From positions 219,604,001 through 219,668,000 of the forward strand of contig OZ024743.1 of NCBI GenBank assembly GCA_964016885.1: 64,000 nucleotides of DNA, in the 5' to 3' direction. Origin of the DNA: Eledone cirrhosa (lineage: Eukaryota). Every line of letters starts with the position of its first letter. Position 1 is the stretch's first letter. The notes under the pieces were generated by a model. It was not told the DNA's origin. It was given only the letters and a program-made list of their open reading frames with translations, and searched no databases. The position numbers and the translations under genes are program-made. Positions 25,992 to 37,917 of this stretch are shown one piece after another.

Positions 25992-26076
<85 letters not shown>

Positions 26077-26078
<2 letters not shown>

Positions 26079-26208
26079 CGGAGGAGTTGTGGTAAGGAAC
26101 CAGATGGACCATAACGCACCAGAGTACTCAATACTTAGGGTAGTAGAGTGGGTAATAGTCCAGAAATAGCCGTCGAAACGGATTGAGCTCTGCCGTCGGG
26201 GTCATACT
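26077..26208. mobile_element. Family A Penelope-like end, copy 2, internally inverted
   Basis: 26077-26158 is the reversed 3' part and 26157-26208 the forward half-HHR part of 4858-4997. Confidence 0.65.
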
Positions 26209-26213
26209 TTCTC

Positions 26214-26400
26214 GGTGGATTGGCAGTATCGGTAGAGGGTCGGACGCAATGCTTTGACGCAAAGAGTTACGGCCCTTTCCATTCTGAGTTCAAATCCCGC
26301 CGAGGTTAACTTTGCCTTTCATCCTTACTGGGTCGATAAAATAAAGTACCAGTAATACACTGGGTAATTGCTGGCCTTGTGCCAAAAGTAGAAACAATTA
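26214..26400 (+). mobile_element. tRNA-derived SINE (family 1)
   Basis: GGATTGGCAGTATCGGTAGAG head, GAGTTCAAATCCC B-box, conserved body and tail. Confidence 0.88.
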
Positions 26401-26402
26401 TC

Positions 26403-26463
<61 letters not shown>

Positions 26464-26567
26464 CGTATATATATATATATATATATATGTATACATGTCC
26501 CACCCTTGCAAGCAGGGAAAAGAGGAGTAAAATGATGATGATGATAATGATGATGATGATGATGATG

Positions 26568-26630
<63 letters not shown>

Positions 26631-26635
26631 TGTAT

Positions 26636-26805
<170 letters not shown>

Positions 26806-26984
26806 GTATGTATATATATATAACATTTACATATATCTCGGCAACGATATACATTTCAACGTATCTTCGTTTGTGTGGTGTCACATCTGAGATTGTGATG
26901 AATTGCTAACGTGGGGGGTGAGGGCTTCTGATCTTTCTTTTTTACACTTAATGGAACCATACTGGTAAACTGTAAATAATAATA

Positions 26985-27115
26985 ACACCAATAACAACAA
27001 TAACAACAACGACGACAACAACAATAACAACAACGACGACGATCATGATGATGATGATGATAATTGAACGAGTATCATAACCATCATCAACAGCACCATC
27101 ATCATCTTTATCACG

Positions 27116-27167
<52 letters not shown>

Positions 27168-27274
27168 CTACTACTACTACTACTACTACTACTGCTACAA
27201 CAACAACAACAACTACTACTACTACTACTACTGCTACTGCTACTACTACTGCTACTACTACTGCAATAACAACA

Positions 27275-27334
<60 letters not shown>

Positions 27335-27341
27335 GCTACTA

Positions 27342-27381
<40 letters not shown>

Positions 27382-27415
27382 AACAACAACAACTACTTCT
27401 ACTACTACTACCACT

Positions 27416-27470
<55 letters not shown>

Positions 27471-27511
27471 CTACTACTACTACTACTGCTATTACTACTA
27501 CTGCAATAACA

Positions 27512-27571
<60 letters not shown>

Positions 27572-27637
27572 GCAACAACAACAACAACAACAACAACAAC
27601 AACTAGTACTACTACTACTACTACCACTACTACCGCA

Positions 27638-27675
<38 letters not shown>

Positions 27676-27725
27676 CACCACCACCACCACCACCACCACC
27701 ACCACCACTACTACTACAACAACAA
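26985..27725. repeat. Compound (CAA/CTA/CGA/CCA)n trinucleotide array
   Basis: Blocks of CNA triplets mostly in one register. Confidence 0.95.
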
Positions 27726-27779
27726 CCAATGATAATAAGAATAAGATGAACTGTAAGAGTGTCTGGAATCTCTCCTTAC

Positions 27780-27821
27780 ACACCAATTGTCATGGCTTCC
27801 GTCTTCATCAGAAACATTAGT
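27780..27821 (-). other. Candidate 42-nt internal exon of an unidentified transcript
   Basis: T-rich acceptor TTTTTTAAATCAG and donor GTAAGG bound a unique island; frame undetermined. Confidence 0.25.
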
Positions 27822-27846
27822 CTGATTTAAAAAAAAATATATATAC

Positions 27847-27892
<46 letters not shown>

Positions 27893-27914
27893 ATTTATAT
27901 ATACACGCATATAT

Positions 27915-28004
<90 letters not shown>

Positions 28005-28325
28005 GCATATATATACATACATATATATATATATAATATATTTTATTTATATGTTTATATATATATACGTATTTTATATATTTTATTTATATGTTTATAT
28101 ATATATGTATTTTATATATTTTATTTATATATTTATATATAGTTCTAGTTGTTTCCATTTTCCGTGTTGTTTCTTTATTTTATTCCATGTCTTGTAAAGT
28201 TTTACCAATAATGAAAACGAATGTGGTGTGTTGGTGTGTTGTTGTACATTGATTTCCTCTCTCGTAGATACTTTCTATATATATTGTTATATGTATGTAT
28301 GTATGTATGTATATATATATACTTG

Positions 28326-28715
28326 GGGCACATGGCTTAGTGGTTAGAGCATTGGCCTTGCAATCGAAAGGTTGTGAGTTCAATTCTCAGACCGGGTGAT
28401 GTGTTGTTTCCTTGAGCAAGACACTTTATTTCACATTGCTCCAGTTTACTCAGCTGTAGAAATGAGATGATAGGGACTGGTGTCCATATCATTCCACTGT
28501 AGAGTGGTCGTGGAGGTGCCACGGCAAAAAAGCACCCAGCCCACACTGTAAAGTGGACATGTAGGCGCCACGGAAAAAAATCCCCAGCACTCACTGTAAA
28601 TGAGGTTGGTGTTAGGAAGGGCATCCAGCTGTAGAAATCAAGCCAGAATCAGTTCCCGTCCCACCCTTGCATGCAGGGAAAAGCGGACGTAAAATGAAAT
28701 GATGAAATGATGATG
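28326..28715 (+). mobile_element. tRNA-derived SINE (family 2) with RTE-type tail
   Basis: GGGGCACATGGCTTAGTGGTTAG A-box, GAGTTCAATTC B-box, central CTTGAGCAAGACACTTTATTTCACATTGCTCCAG, tail GGAAAAGCGGACGTAAAATG(ATG)n. Confidence 0.85.
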
Positions 28716-28718
28716 ATG

Positions 28719-28754
<36 letters not shown>

Positions 28755-28847
28755 GGAGAAATAGTGAGTGGTCAAGGCCAACAACAGCAAAAAAACCCAG
28801 TAAAGTATAAAATTCAGACGCTGTACATATGTACGTATGTATGTATG

Positions 28848-29270
28848 TTATCTCTTTCTCTTAATTTCGAGTATATTTTTTTGACCGGCCACCTTCCTGG
28901 TGGCAAAGTTGTTAAAGAAAAGAAATTGTCATCCCTTGAATCGCAAGAATGTTTTGCAAATTTTGAAGGTGCCAGCTATCGCAGCCATTTGTAGACTATG
29001 AATTAGGGAGCTGCGCTTTTTGTCCGCAAATCCAAGTTCAGTCATACTTTGGTCTAAGCGGGTTGGTATATAACCCGTAGCTCCAATAATGATGGGTATG
29101 AAGCTAAAGGTGTATCTTGGATGCTGGATTTGTAAACTCCTCATCAATGGTCTGTAGATGTCCTCCTTCTCCTGTATTTTTCTGACAACGTTTACATCAA
29201 GTGGGCAGCTGATCTCCACAACAGAACACGTTTTCAATATGTGGTCCCAAACAACAATATCACGCCGGTT
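28848..29270 (-). pseudogene. 3' fragment of an R4/Dong-like RLE retrotransposon (family distinct from its neighbour)
   Basis: NRRDIVVWDHILKTCSVVEISCPLDVNVVRKIQEKEDIY...FIPIIIGATG restriction-like endonuclease end, stop at 28929, short 3' UTR, (TACA)n on both sides. Confidence 0.85.
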
Positions 29271-29458
29271 GTATGTATGTATGTATGTATGTATGTATGT
29301 ATGTATGTATGTATGTATGTATGTATGTATGTATGTATGTATGTATGTATGTATGCATGCATGCATGCATGCATGCATGTATGTGTGTGTGTGTATGTAT
29401 GTATGTATGTATGTATGTATGTATGTATGTATGTATGTATGTATGTATGTATGTATGT

Positions 29459-31806
29459 TCTTCTGGTTTTATAATTTCACAAATTTTTCCCCAATAGAGA
29501 GAGAGTCGGTTTCTAACATAGACACAAGACTCTCTCATTGGAATTGACACATCAACTAAGTAGATTATGTATGCATGTGTAGATATGGATGTTATTGTAT
29601 GTGTGGATGTGGATGTTTTGAGCTGTATGTGTGCATGTGTTTATGCTTTGTATCTGTACATGTGTATATGCAGTTATTAGATGCAACATTTTTGGAATGT
29701 TTTACACATTTTTACTGTTCCATTAATGGATTGTACTTGTAATTTCCTAACTAGTTGTGTTCTTTCTGTTCCTGTGAAGCCTAGCTTCTCAAGATTTGTA
29801 TTGAGGCAGTTACTAACATATCCCAGTGCCCCAATAATCAGCGGCCTAAATCTGAAGGTGTAATCTGGGTGGAGTATCTGCAGATTTCTCATCAGTTCTG
29901 CATAAATATTTTCCTTTTCGCTAATCTTTGATATTATATTGGCATCTGCTGGGCAGCTAATTTCCACTACTGTGCATGCTTTCTTCTCCCTGTCCCATAT
30001 CATAATATCTGGTATGTTATGCCTGCATTTTATTGGGGTTTTTACTGGAACATTCCACCAGTACTCTTTCATATTATGTACGTGGATGTCTTCCACATAG
30101 CTGTAGCTTTTAATGCGTTTATAATCGGGGCTATCTTTTTTACGAACTGCATTGTACAGTGTTTTGGCCACTACATCATGCCTCATAGGTAGATAGTACC
30201 GCGATGACATCTTTGGACAGCTGCTGATGACATGGGTGATATCCTCGATGTTACTTCTGCAGAGTCTGCACTTGTTATCACATCTAGGTGTTTTGCCTGC
30301 ATCCCTATCTCTTTTGTGAATCAGGTATTTCGTGTTAATCTCTTATTCTTGGATTGCAAAAGCGTATCTTTCAAAGTGGAAGCCAATATAGCGGTTGTTG
30401 GTCAAAGATAGACTACTTTCCTTATCTATATTACTCTCACTCTGTAGCTTCCTGGCAACATATCCATGCATGAATTTTTGCCGATAAGCATGCAGTTTTT
30501 CATCTATGGATTCACTGCGATACTGCTGAGCGACTTCCCTAGGTGTGAGTTTTTGATTATCACACAGAGAATATCTCTCGAGGTGTTCCTTCCCAACTCT
30601 CATGATCTTATCTGTTTCATGCAGATAGACTTGCTCGAGAGACGGGCTCGTACGCTTCGAGTGATATGATGCGACATTCAAATGCTGTCTGGACTGATGT
30701 TAGGCCTCTGCCTCCTTGCTTACGTTTCAAGTAAAGGCGGTCTATGTCACTGTTGATGTGGAAGTTTCCGGTGTTGTTTAGTATTTTTCGAGTTCCAACA
30801 TCAACTGCTCGGATTTCGTCCAATTGAGTATTCCAAACGTTGGTGTTAGGACAGGCACAGCAAACACATTGTAAGCCACTGTTTTGTTTTGCGCAGAGAG
30901 TTCCGATGACCAAATCTTTCTTAATCGGGTGTAGTATTCCCTGGTGACGTGTTCCTTATTACAGATACCATTATAGGATATGTTCTCATCTATCCCCAGG
31001 TATCTGTAGCAGTCCTCATCAGATATCGGTGAAACAGTTAGGCCATTGATGACAATGCTGCTAGATTGGGTTGTTGTCTTTCCCCGCTTTACAGTCATGT
31101 ATGAGTAATTATCTTGGCCAAACTCCATTCCTATATCCTTTGAGAACGTTGTATCCAGGTCAAGATTTTTCTTCATCCCATCCATCTTCTTGGTATAGAG
31201 TTTCAGATCGTCTACAAAGAAATTATTGGTTAGGTTCGTATTTCTGTCCTCTTGTGAGCCAATGCTGTATCCCTCACATTTCTTGAGCAGAAAGGACAAG
31301 GGGTTTAATGACAAGATGAATAATATCACAGAGAGACTGTCCCCCTGAAATATACCCCTGCGATATTTTATTTTATCAGTGAAAATAGAGTCCCCCCTCT
31401 CTGTCTTTAACCTTAGGATAGTAGCCCAAGAAGAAGACAGCCTCTCTATGGCTCTGACAATAATGTCTGGGACTTTAGCAAGTTGCAGGGCCTCTATCAT
31501 CCAAGAGTGGGGAACAGAATCGAAAGCTTTCCTGTAGTCTAGTCAGGCTGTAGCCATATTCCTCCTAAGTTGTCGCACCTAAGTTGTCGCACCTCCGACA
31601 TCGCAGTTTTGTTGATTAGGAGTTGTTCAGCATATCCCCAAACCCCTTTCTTTACAGCTGCTTGTTCATCTGTGATGATGTTATTATTTTCACAGTGATC
31701 TTGGAGGAATAGGTTCAGGCTGTATAGATCTTATACATCAGGTTCTGGCATGTAATGGGTCGGTAGTTTTTTGCCAAGTGGGTGTCTTTGTTCTTGGGGA
31801 CCAGTA
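29459..31806 (-). mobile_element. 5'-truncated, decayed R4/Dong-clade non-LTR retrotransposon (RT + CCHC + RLE)
   Basis: NYRPITC, KAFDSVPHSW, GIFQGDSLS, FFVDDLKLY, YRYLG, LYLKRKQGGRGL, CRLC-x7-H-x4-C, RHD, PDIMIWD...EISCP...K; several stops and frameshifts; (TACA)n at both ends. Confidence 0.93.
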
Positions 31807-32168
31807 ATGTATGTATGTATGTATGTATGTATGTATGTATGTATGTATGTATGTATGTATGTATGTATGTATGTATGTATGTATGTATGCATGCATGTAT
31901 GTATGTATATATATGTACTTATGTTTGTATATGTGTGTGTGTATAGTCGTGTCTATATTTACGTTTGTGTTATATTCTGTAACCTAGCGGTTCAACAAAA
32001 AGTGCTCAATGAAATAATAACCAGACACTGAAAAGATAAATACTGGGATCAATATGATGAAGGTGGTGCTCATGCATGGCCGCTATCTAATGACTGAAAC
32101 TAGTAAAAGAACAAAAGTCTAAAAATGATTTGTTTTGTTGTATTGGAACGTACGACCCTAACATTACT

Positions 32169-32254
32169 CCTAAACCTACCCCAACCCTACCCCTAACCAT
32201 AAACCTAACCCTAACTCCTACCCTAACCCTACCCCTTACCCCAATCCTAACCCT
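32169..32254. repeat. Degenerate telomere-like (CCCTAA)n hexamers
   Basis: About 14 units such as CCTAAA CCTACC CCTAAC CCTAAC. Confidence 0.7.
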
Positions 32255-32489
32255 CGTATAACACTACTCAACATCGGAAATATTTTGTTTATATTTGTCG
32301 CAGGGAATTCTTTTTTACATTTGGCATTCTGTATTGTTTTAGTAACGACGTTACGCCACATAGGCTGTTACTATCTTAATGACATTTGAGGTGGGGGGTG
32401 GTAGCTACTGATTACATTGTTAATCTGATCAGCAGCTACCCGACCATCATACCCAACATAGTCAATATTTATGGTCGTGTTTGAGGTTT

Positions 32490-33321
32490 TTAACCCTTTT
32501 GATACCAAACCACCCGAAACCGTCTCTGCTTCTATGAATCAAACCGGTTTATTTTCTCAAAACCTTCCATCATAATTTTATGTAAGAATCCTTGTTAAAT
32601 TATGTTCCAGATATCAGTTTAATAATAATTTCTGATTTAGGCACAAGGCCAACAATTTTGGAGGAAAGACAATTAAATCAACCCCAGTGCATTACTGGTA
32701 CTTTCTTTTATCGACCCCGTAGGGAGGTCGATAAAAGGTCGATAAATCCTCGGTAGGATTTGAACTCAGTATGTAAATAGCAATAGCTCTATGTCGCTAA
32801 ACATGTTGTCCGACGCTCTATCGATTTTTCCAATCCACAGGCACAAGAGCAACAATTTGTGGAAAGAGAATAGTCGGTTACATTGACCCCAGTACGTGAC
32901 TAGTATTTTATTTTAGAAGGATGAAAGGCAAAGTTGACCTCAGTGGGATTTGAACTAAGAATGTAAAGGGCCGTAACAAATACTGCAATTTCTAACATTG
33001 TTGCAAATCCACCACCCTCATCAATGGTTTCTGATTTAGGCACAAGGCCAGCAATTTTGGGGCAGGGGAGTGTCGATTAAATCGATCCTAGTACGTTACT
33101 AGTACCTTATTTTATCGATCCCGCAAAGATGAAAGGCAAAGCAACCCTAGGTGGGATTTGAAATAAGAACGCAAAGGGCCGTAACTCGATGCTGTGAGGC
33201 ATGGTGGCTGACGCTCTACCGATACTGCCACACCAGCTTAATAACGAGAAAGTTAGTTATTTTAGTAAATCCCTCCAAATTCTTGATTATTTTCAATATA
33301 ATATGGCATTAAAGGGTTTAA
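32490..33321. mobile_element. piggyBac-like MITE interrupted by several minus-strand family-1 SINE pieces
   Basis: TTAA-CCCTTTTGATACCA ... TGGCATTAAAGGG-TTTAA; a homologous left end lies near 7720; SINE segments at about 32630-33235. Confidence 0.55.
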
Positions 33322-33769
33322 GTGCTCCACTGCCTCGTTTGTTCAACAGGCACAAGCTGGATTGTTATGTGTCTTGATGTAACAAGCCAGAGTAAAAGAG
33401 AAGCTATACTTACTGTTATTGTCCATATTAGCATTATTTTCAAGTTGCCGGAAGACTGAGCCGTTCAACACCAATGGAATTTTAATACAGGAAACATGTT
33501 TAGGAGATTCACTCCATGAATGTTTGCCTTTGAATAAGGTATTTAATGCCGAAATACCAGCTTTAGCCTATATATTAATTTATTGGGGAAGATGGGGAGA
33601 TAAATTGTTTTAAATGTTATGTATGGCTTTCTTCTGTTCGTTTGACCAATTTGACTGTGCATCTAACACCCCGCTATGTTACTTTATTATATATGAATAT
33701 TGTTTGGCGTTCTGTCTATTTAGGTGACTGTCTGTCTGTTTGTTGTGTATGCATGAATGTAGATATTGA

Positions 33770-34095
33770 AGGCGCATGGCTTAGTGGTCAGACCATTGGG
33801 GTTGCAATCGTGAGGATGTGAGTTCGATCTCCGGACCGGGTGGTGCGTTGTGTTCTTGAGCAAGAAACTTTGTTTTTCACGTTGCTCCAGTTCTCTCAGC
33901 TGTAGAAATGAATTACGACGTCAGTAGTGCCAAGCTGTATTGGATTTTACCTTTCCCTTGGGCAACATCGGTGGCGTGGAGAGGGGAGACTGGTATGTAT
34001 GGGCGACTGCTGGTCTTCCACAAACAACCTTGCCCGGACTTGTGCCTCTAGGTGCAAATCCCATGGTCATTCGTGACCGAAGGAGGTTTTTACCT
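33770..34095 (+). mobile_element. tRNA-derived SINE (family-2 head and core, different RTE-related tail)
   Basis: GGCGCATGGCTTAGTGGTCAG, GAGTTCGATCTCC, same core as 28326; tail GGAGAGGGGAGACTGG...AAACAACCTTGCCCGGACTTG. Confidence 0.85.
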
Positions 34096-34599
34096 ATATG
34101 TATATATATACACACACACACACGCATATATATGTATGTGTGTATATAAAAAAAAACTGAAGGTCAAACTGATTAACTAAACTATAAATCATTCAAAATT
34201 TGAGGGTATTAAATATATTTTTAACATACGTAAACCCAGTCATTGAAACACTTGACCGTTGGGTTTACCTACGTTAAAAATATATCTGCGTGTCTTGTGG
34301 ATTTTCCTGTTATATACTGTTAAAATGAAGTCTAAGTAGAATCTAGTTAAGAAAATATTTAATCTTTAAATATATATTTCTAAGAGATTAGCTTGAGAAT
34401 AATATAGACTCTTCAAAAAGTATCGAGGTAACTATATATAAATCTATCGGCAATAAATAAATAGATAAATAAATAAATGAAAAAAGTAATGTAAGAAACT
34501 TTGTAACTTAAAGCTATCACAGGAAGTGGGTTATTTGTGCTGTATAAGGATTTACGCAGAGTTAAGCACCAAATAATAATAAAAATAATAATTATTATT

Positions 34600-35090
34600 A
34601 TTTCTACTTTAAGCACAAAGCCACCAATTTGAAGGGGAGAGGAAAGTCGATTTAATCGACCCAGAGGATTACTGGTGCTTTATTTCATTGAGCACGTAAA
34701 GATGAAAGGCAAAGCTAACCTCGGCGGGATTTGAACTCAGAACATAAAAAGACGTATCTCTATCCCGCGAAGCATGGTGTCCGACGCTCTACCGATTCTG
34801 TCTGATTTCTACTATAGGCACAAAGCCAGCAATTTTTGCGAGGGGAAATTCGATTAAATATACCCTGCTGCATTACCGGTACTTTATTTTATCGACCCCG
34901 TAGGGATGAAAGGCAAAGCTAACCTCAGCAGGATTAATAATAATAATTGTTTCTACTTTTGGCACAAGTCTATTACTGATACTTTATTTTATCAACCCTG
35001 TAAGGTTGAAAGCAAAGTTAACCTCGGTGGGATTTGGAATCAGAACGTAAAGGGCCGTAACTCTATGCTGCAAAGCTTGGTGTCTGATGC
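34600..35090 (-). mobile_element. Cluster of three family-1 SINE copies or fragments
   Basis: ATGAAAGGCAAAGCTAACCTC-type motif recurs three times head to tail. Confidence 0.8.
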
Positions 35091-35207
35091 TGAACGAGGT
35101 ATCAAAATATAGTCATTATGTTTATTCACGTGGGAATCGTTTCGCGATCGATTAGCTTAAAATACAATCAGTATCGATCGTGCCCGTCTCTTGAATCAAC
35201 AGACTCA

Positions 35208-35257
<50 letters not shown>

Positions 35258-35261
<4 letters not shown>

Positions 35262-35590
35262 AAAAAAACAGATGAAATTGAAAATGCAACTGGAATCTTA
35301 TTTTAAAAATATATTTATTGGGTTTCTTTTCAAAAGTAGAGTTGAGATGGAGGGTCTGTAGTTTTTCTCACATCATTCTCACAGATGTGAGAAAAACTAC
35401 AGACCCTCCATCTCAACTCTACTTTTGAAAAGCAGAAGAACTGCGAAACCGGTAAAGGAACCCAATAAATATATATATTTTTTAAAAAATAAGACTCCAG
35501 TTGCATTTTCGATTTCATCTTTTTTTCTTTATACTTTCACTCGTGTTGGACACCTCGGTTATTTTTCATTTTGTAAAAAAAACCCCTCAC

Positions 35591-35596
<6 letters not shown>
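35258..35596 (+). mobile_element. Palindromic Penelope-like end between (TA)n tracts
   Basis: Perfect 49-bp arms 35326-35374 / 35384-35432 and imperfect outer arms 35258-35325 / 35455-35531. Confidence 0.75.
35422..35457 (+). ncRNA. Minimal hammerhead with U3-A8 covariant core
   Basis: CUU-UUGAAAA-GCAG-aagaa-CUGC-GAAAC-CG-GUA-AAG; palindromic stem III ACCGGU; stem I only about 3 bp. Confidence 0.6.
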
Positions 35597-35648
<52 letters not shown>

Positions 35649-35687
35649 ATATTAAATAAATGGAAACTATATTTATAAAACCATATT

Positions 35688-35748
35688 TATTCTATTATAT
35701 ATATTTCAAGGGTACCAAAATTTTGGTACGCTATCATCAGATAAAATA
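35688..35748 (-). ncRNA. Minimal type I hammerhead motif
   Basis: UAUUUUAU-CUGAUGA-u-AGCGUACCAA-aauu-UUGGUACCCU-u-GAAAU-AUAU-AUA-AUAGAAUA; 8-bp stem I, long stem II with U-U at its base, AUA site. Confidence 0.65.
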
Positions 35749-36088
35749 CGAAGTGTGTTTAATAAATTTTGACATAACCAAGGATAATATACCTTAACGG
35801 TTCAAGTTATCCTTAGATAGTGAAGGGAAAAGAGAAGAAAAGTCAGATATTTCAAACTATTAAGATGAGTATGCAAATGAGGCTTAGGTAAAAGGGCTGA
35901 AAAAAAACGTTATTTTAGACGCTATGGAAAATTTAAATAATTATGATAAGTTATTGTATGCGTAGGAAAAGAAGAGAAAGGAAGAAGAGCTAGCATTTAC
36001 GTTAATTTGGGGGAAAAGATTTATTTACCTATATTACCATCAAATTGAATATCCCTTCAAATTACCAACAAATTGAATATCTCTTCAG

Positions 36089-36166
<78 letters not shown>

Positions 36167-36247
36167 AATCTTAGACGGGAACAAAAACAGAGAGGCAGTA
36201 CAAATATGAGTTTATTAGGTTCACACTTTTGAGAGTGGGTGGGGAAC

Positions 36248-36275
36248 GACGTTTCGGGCATTAGCCCTTCATCAG
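36248..36275 (-). ncRNA. Penelope-type hammerhead core without an evident stem I
   Basis: CUGAUGA-a-GGGC-uaau-GCCC-GAAAC-GUC, within a probable PLE end running from about 36870 to the (TA)n at 36160. Confidence 0.5.
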
Positions 36276-36994
36276 GAGAAATGTGGGTAGGAAGAGAGTT
36301 CTGAGGGTGTGTGGGGGAGTGGTGGAAAGACATTTAGAAAAAAGGAGGAGAGAAAAGGGAGGAAAAACGATTTTAGAAGTACAAATAAAAATAAAAATAA
36401 AAATAAACAAGTGGTGGAAGGGTGTGAGGCGTGTAGGGGTGGTGGTGGGTGGAGTTGGGAGAGGGAGGAGGGGGGTCCGAGCGGGGAGGGCTGAAGGTGG
36501 TGTTTGTGTATGTGTGTAGGTGTACGTGTGTGTGTGTGTGTGCGTATGTGAATGTGAGAGTTGGAGGAAGAACGAGGTTCCATGTTCAGGAAAAGGTGTG
36601 TACGTGGGTGGGGTGTAAGTCGGTGTGAGCGTGCGTGGGGGGGGGGGGGGGCATGTGGATTCCGGAGGCTGAGTGTGTATATGTGGGGATACGCACGTGT
36701 GTGTTTGTGTTTATACGTGGTGTGGATGTAGGTGGTGTGGTTCGAAAAAAAATGTGAGTGTTTGTTCGTGGGTATGTTCCTAAGGTATGTGTGCGTATGT
36801 GTATTTGTGTGTGTGTATATGTGTGCGTTACATGTTCCTAAGGGAAAAGAAAAGAATTTTTCGTTCAACAATTTAACGATTGAATCCCGGAAATAAGCAC
36901 CGTGCCCTGCTACGGTTAAGAAGTTCGCTTCGCAATCATTATGTTCCAGGTTCGATCTCGCTGCGTAGCATCTTGAACAAGAATGGAATAGCCT

Positions 36995-37256
36995 GCTGAT
37001 GAATTAACATGCCAGTGGCTGAGTCTCCCACAGACACGTGTACTCTTAATGTAGTTCTCAGGGAGTTTCAGCGAGATACATCGTGTGAGAAAGTTGGCTC
37101 TTTTGAACTCCAGGTATAACTCATTTTTGCCAGCTGAGTGAACTGGAGCAACTTGAAATAAAATGTCTTGCTCAAATACCCAAGGCACCGCCAGGAAATT
37201 GAACTCACGACCTTCTTATGATCGTAAGCCAAACAGTCTAACCATTAAACCACACA
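36995..37256 (-). mobile_element. tRNA-derived SINE (family-2 core)
   Basis: CAGCTGAGTGAACTGGAGCAAC.TGAAATAAA.TGTCTTGCTCAA and TTGAACTCAC...CTAACCATTAAACCAC are the reverse complement of the family-2 core and head. Confidence 0.75.
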
Positions 37257-37874
37257 TTTTCACCTTGTGGACTGTATATTTATGAGAACACATTGTTTAC
37301 TCGAAAGAGTTGTTAGGCTTCAGTCCCCCCATTTGTATTCTTGGTGAAAGGCGCGAATGTTTTAACATTCCGTTATCCTCATCTTTCATTTCTTATTCAT
37401 GACTCTAAAGCCTAATTAAGAAATCATTAATGATACCCAGTCTTGACACCATCTTTGATCTACGTATTCTCCGGCCGCTTCCTATGAGGCGTTTATTTCT
37501 TCATTTTCTTCTTAGTTCGTATTATGTATTTTGTATAAATACTTTTTTTCTTATATGTATATGTTATTTGGTTTCTATTTTTTGATTATTAAATTATAAT
37601 TGATTTATCAGTTGTCAAAAATTACAATAGGCCCCAAGAAAATCGGATTAAATCTGTTAACTGACATCTGTCTGTCTGCCACCCGCTACTTCTACCCGCA
37701 ATTGCTACATTTAAATATACGCACATACACATACACACGCACACATACACACACATATACACACATACACACACATACAAGCCTACACAAATAAACACAT
37801 ACACATGCACATACGCTCACACAGAGAGACACAGCCCCTCCAACACAGGCCCACACAAATAAACGTATACACAT

Positions 37875-37917
<43 letters not shown>

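Larger units (their letters stand above)
25116..25997 (-). mobile_element. 465-bp-period partial tandem with one HHR per unit and an inverted terminal segment (PLE pseudo-LTR or non-LTR retrozyme-like)
   Basis: 25116-25488 repeats at 25581-25953; 25949-25997 is the reverse complement of 25512-25560; (TA)n on both sides. Confidence 0.85.

Noticed and set aside
28326-28400. tRNA genes here and at about 33770
   Set aside because: A and B boxes are present but the cloverleaf is imperfect and the sequence continues into shared SINE bodies.
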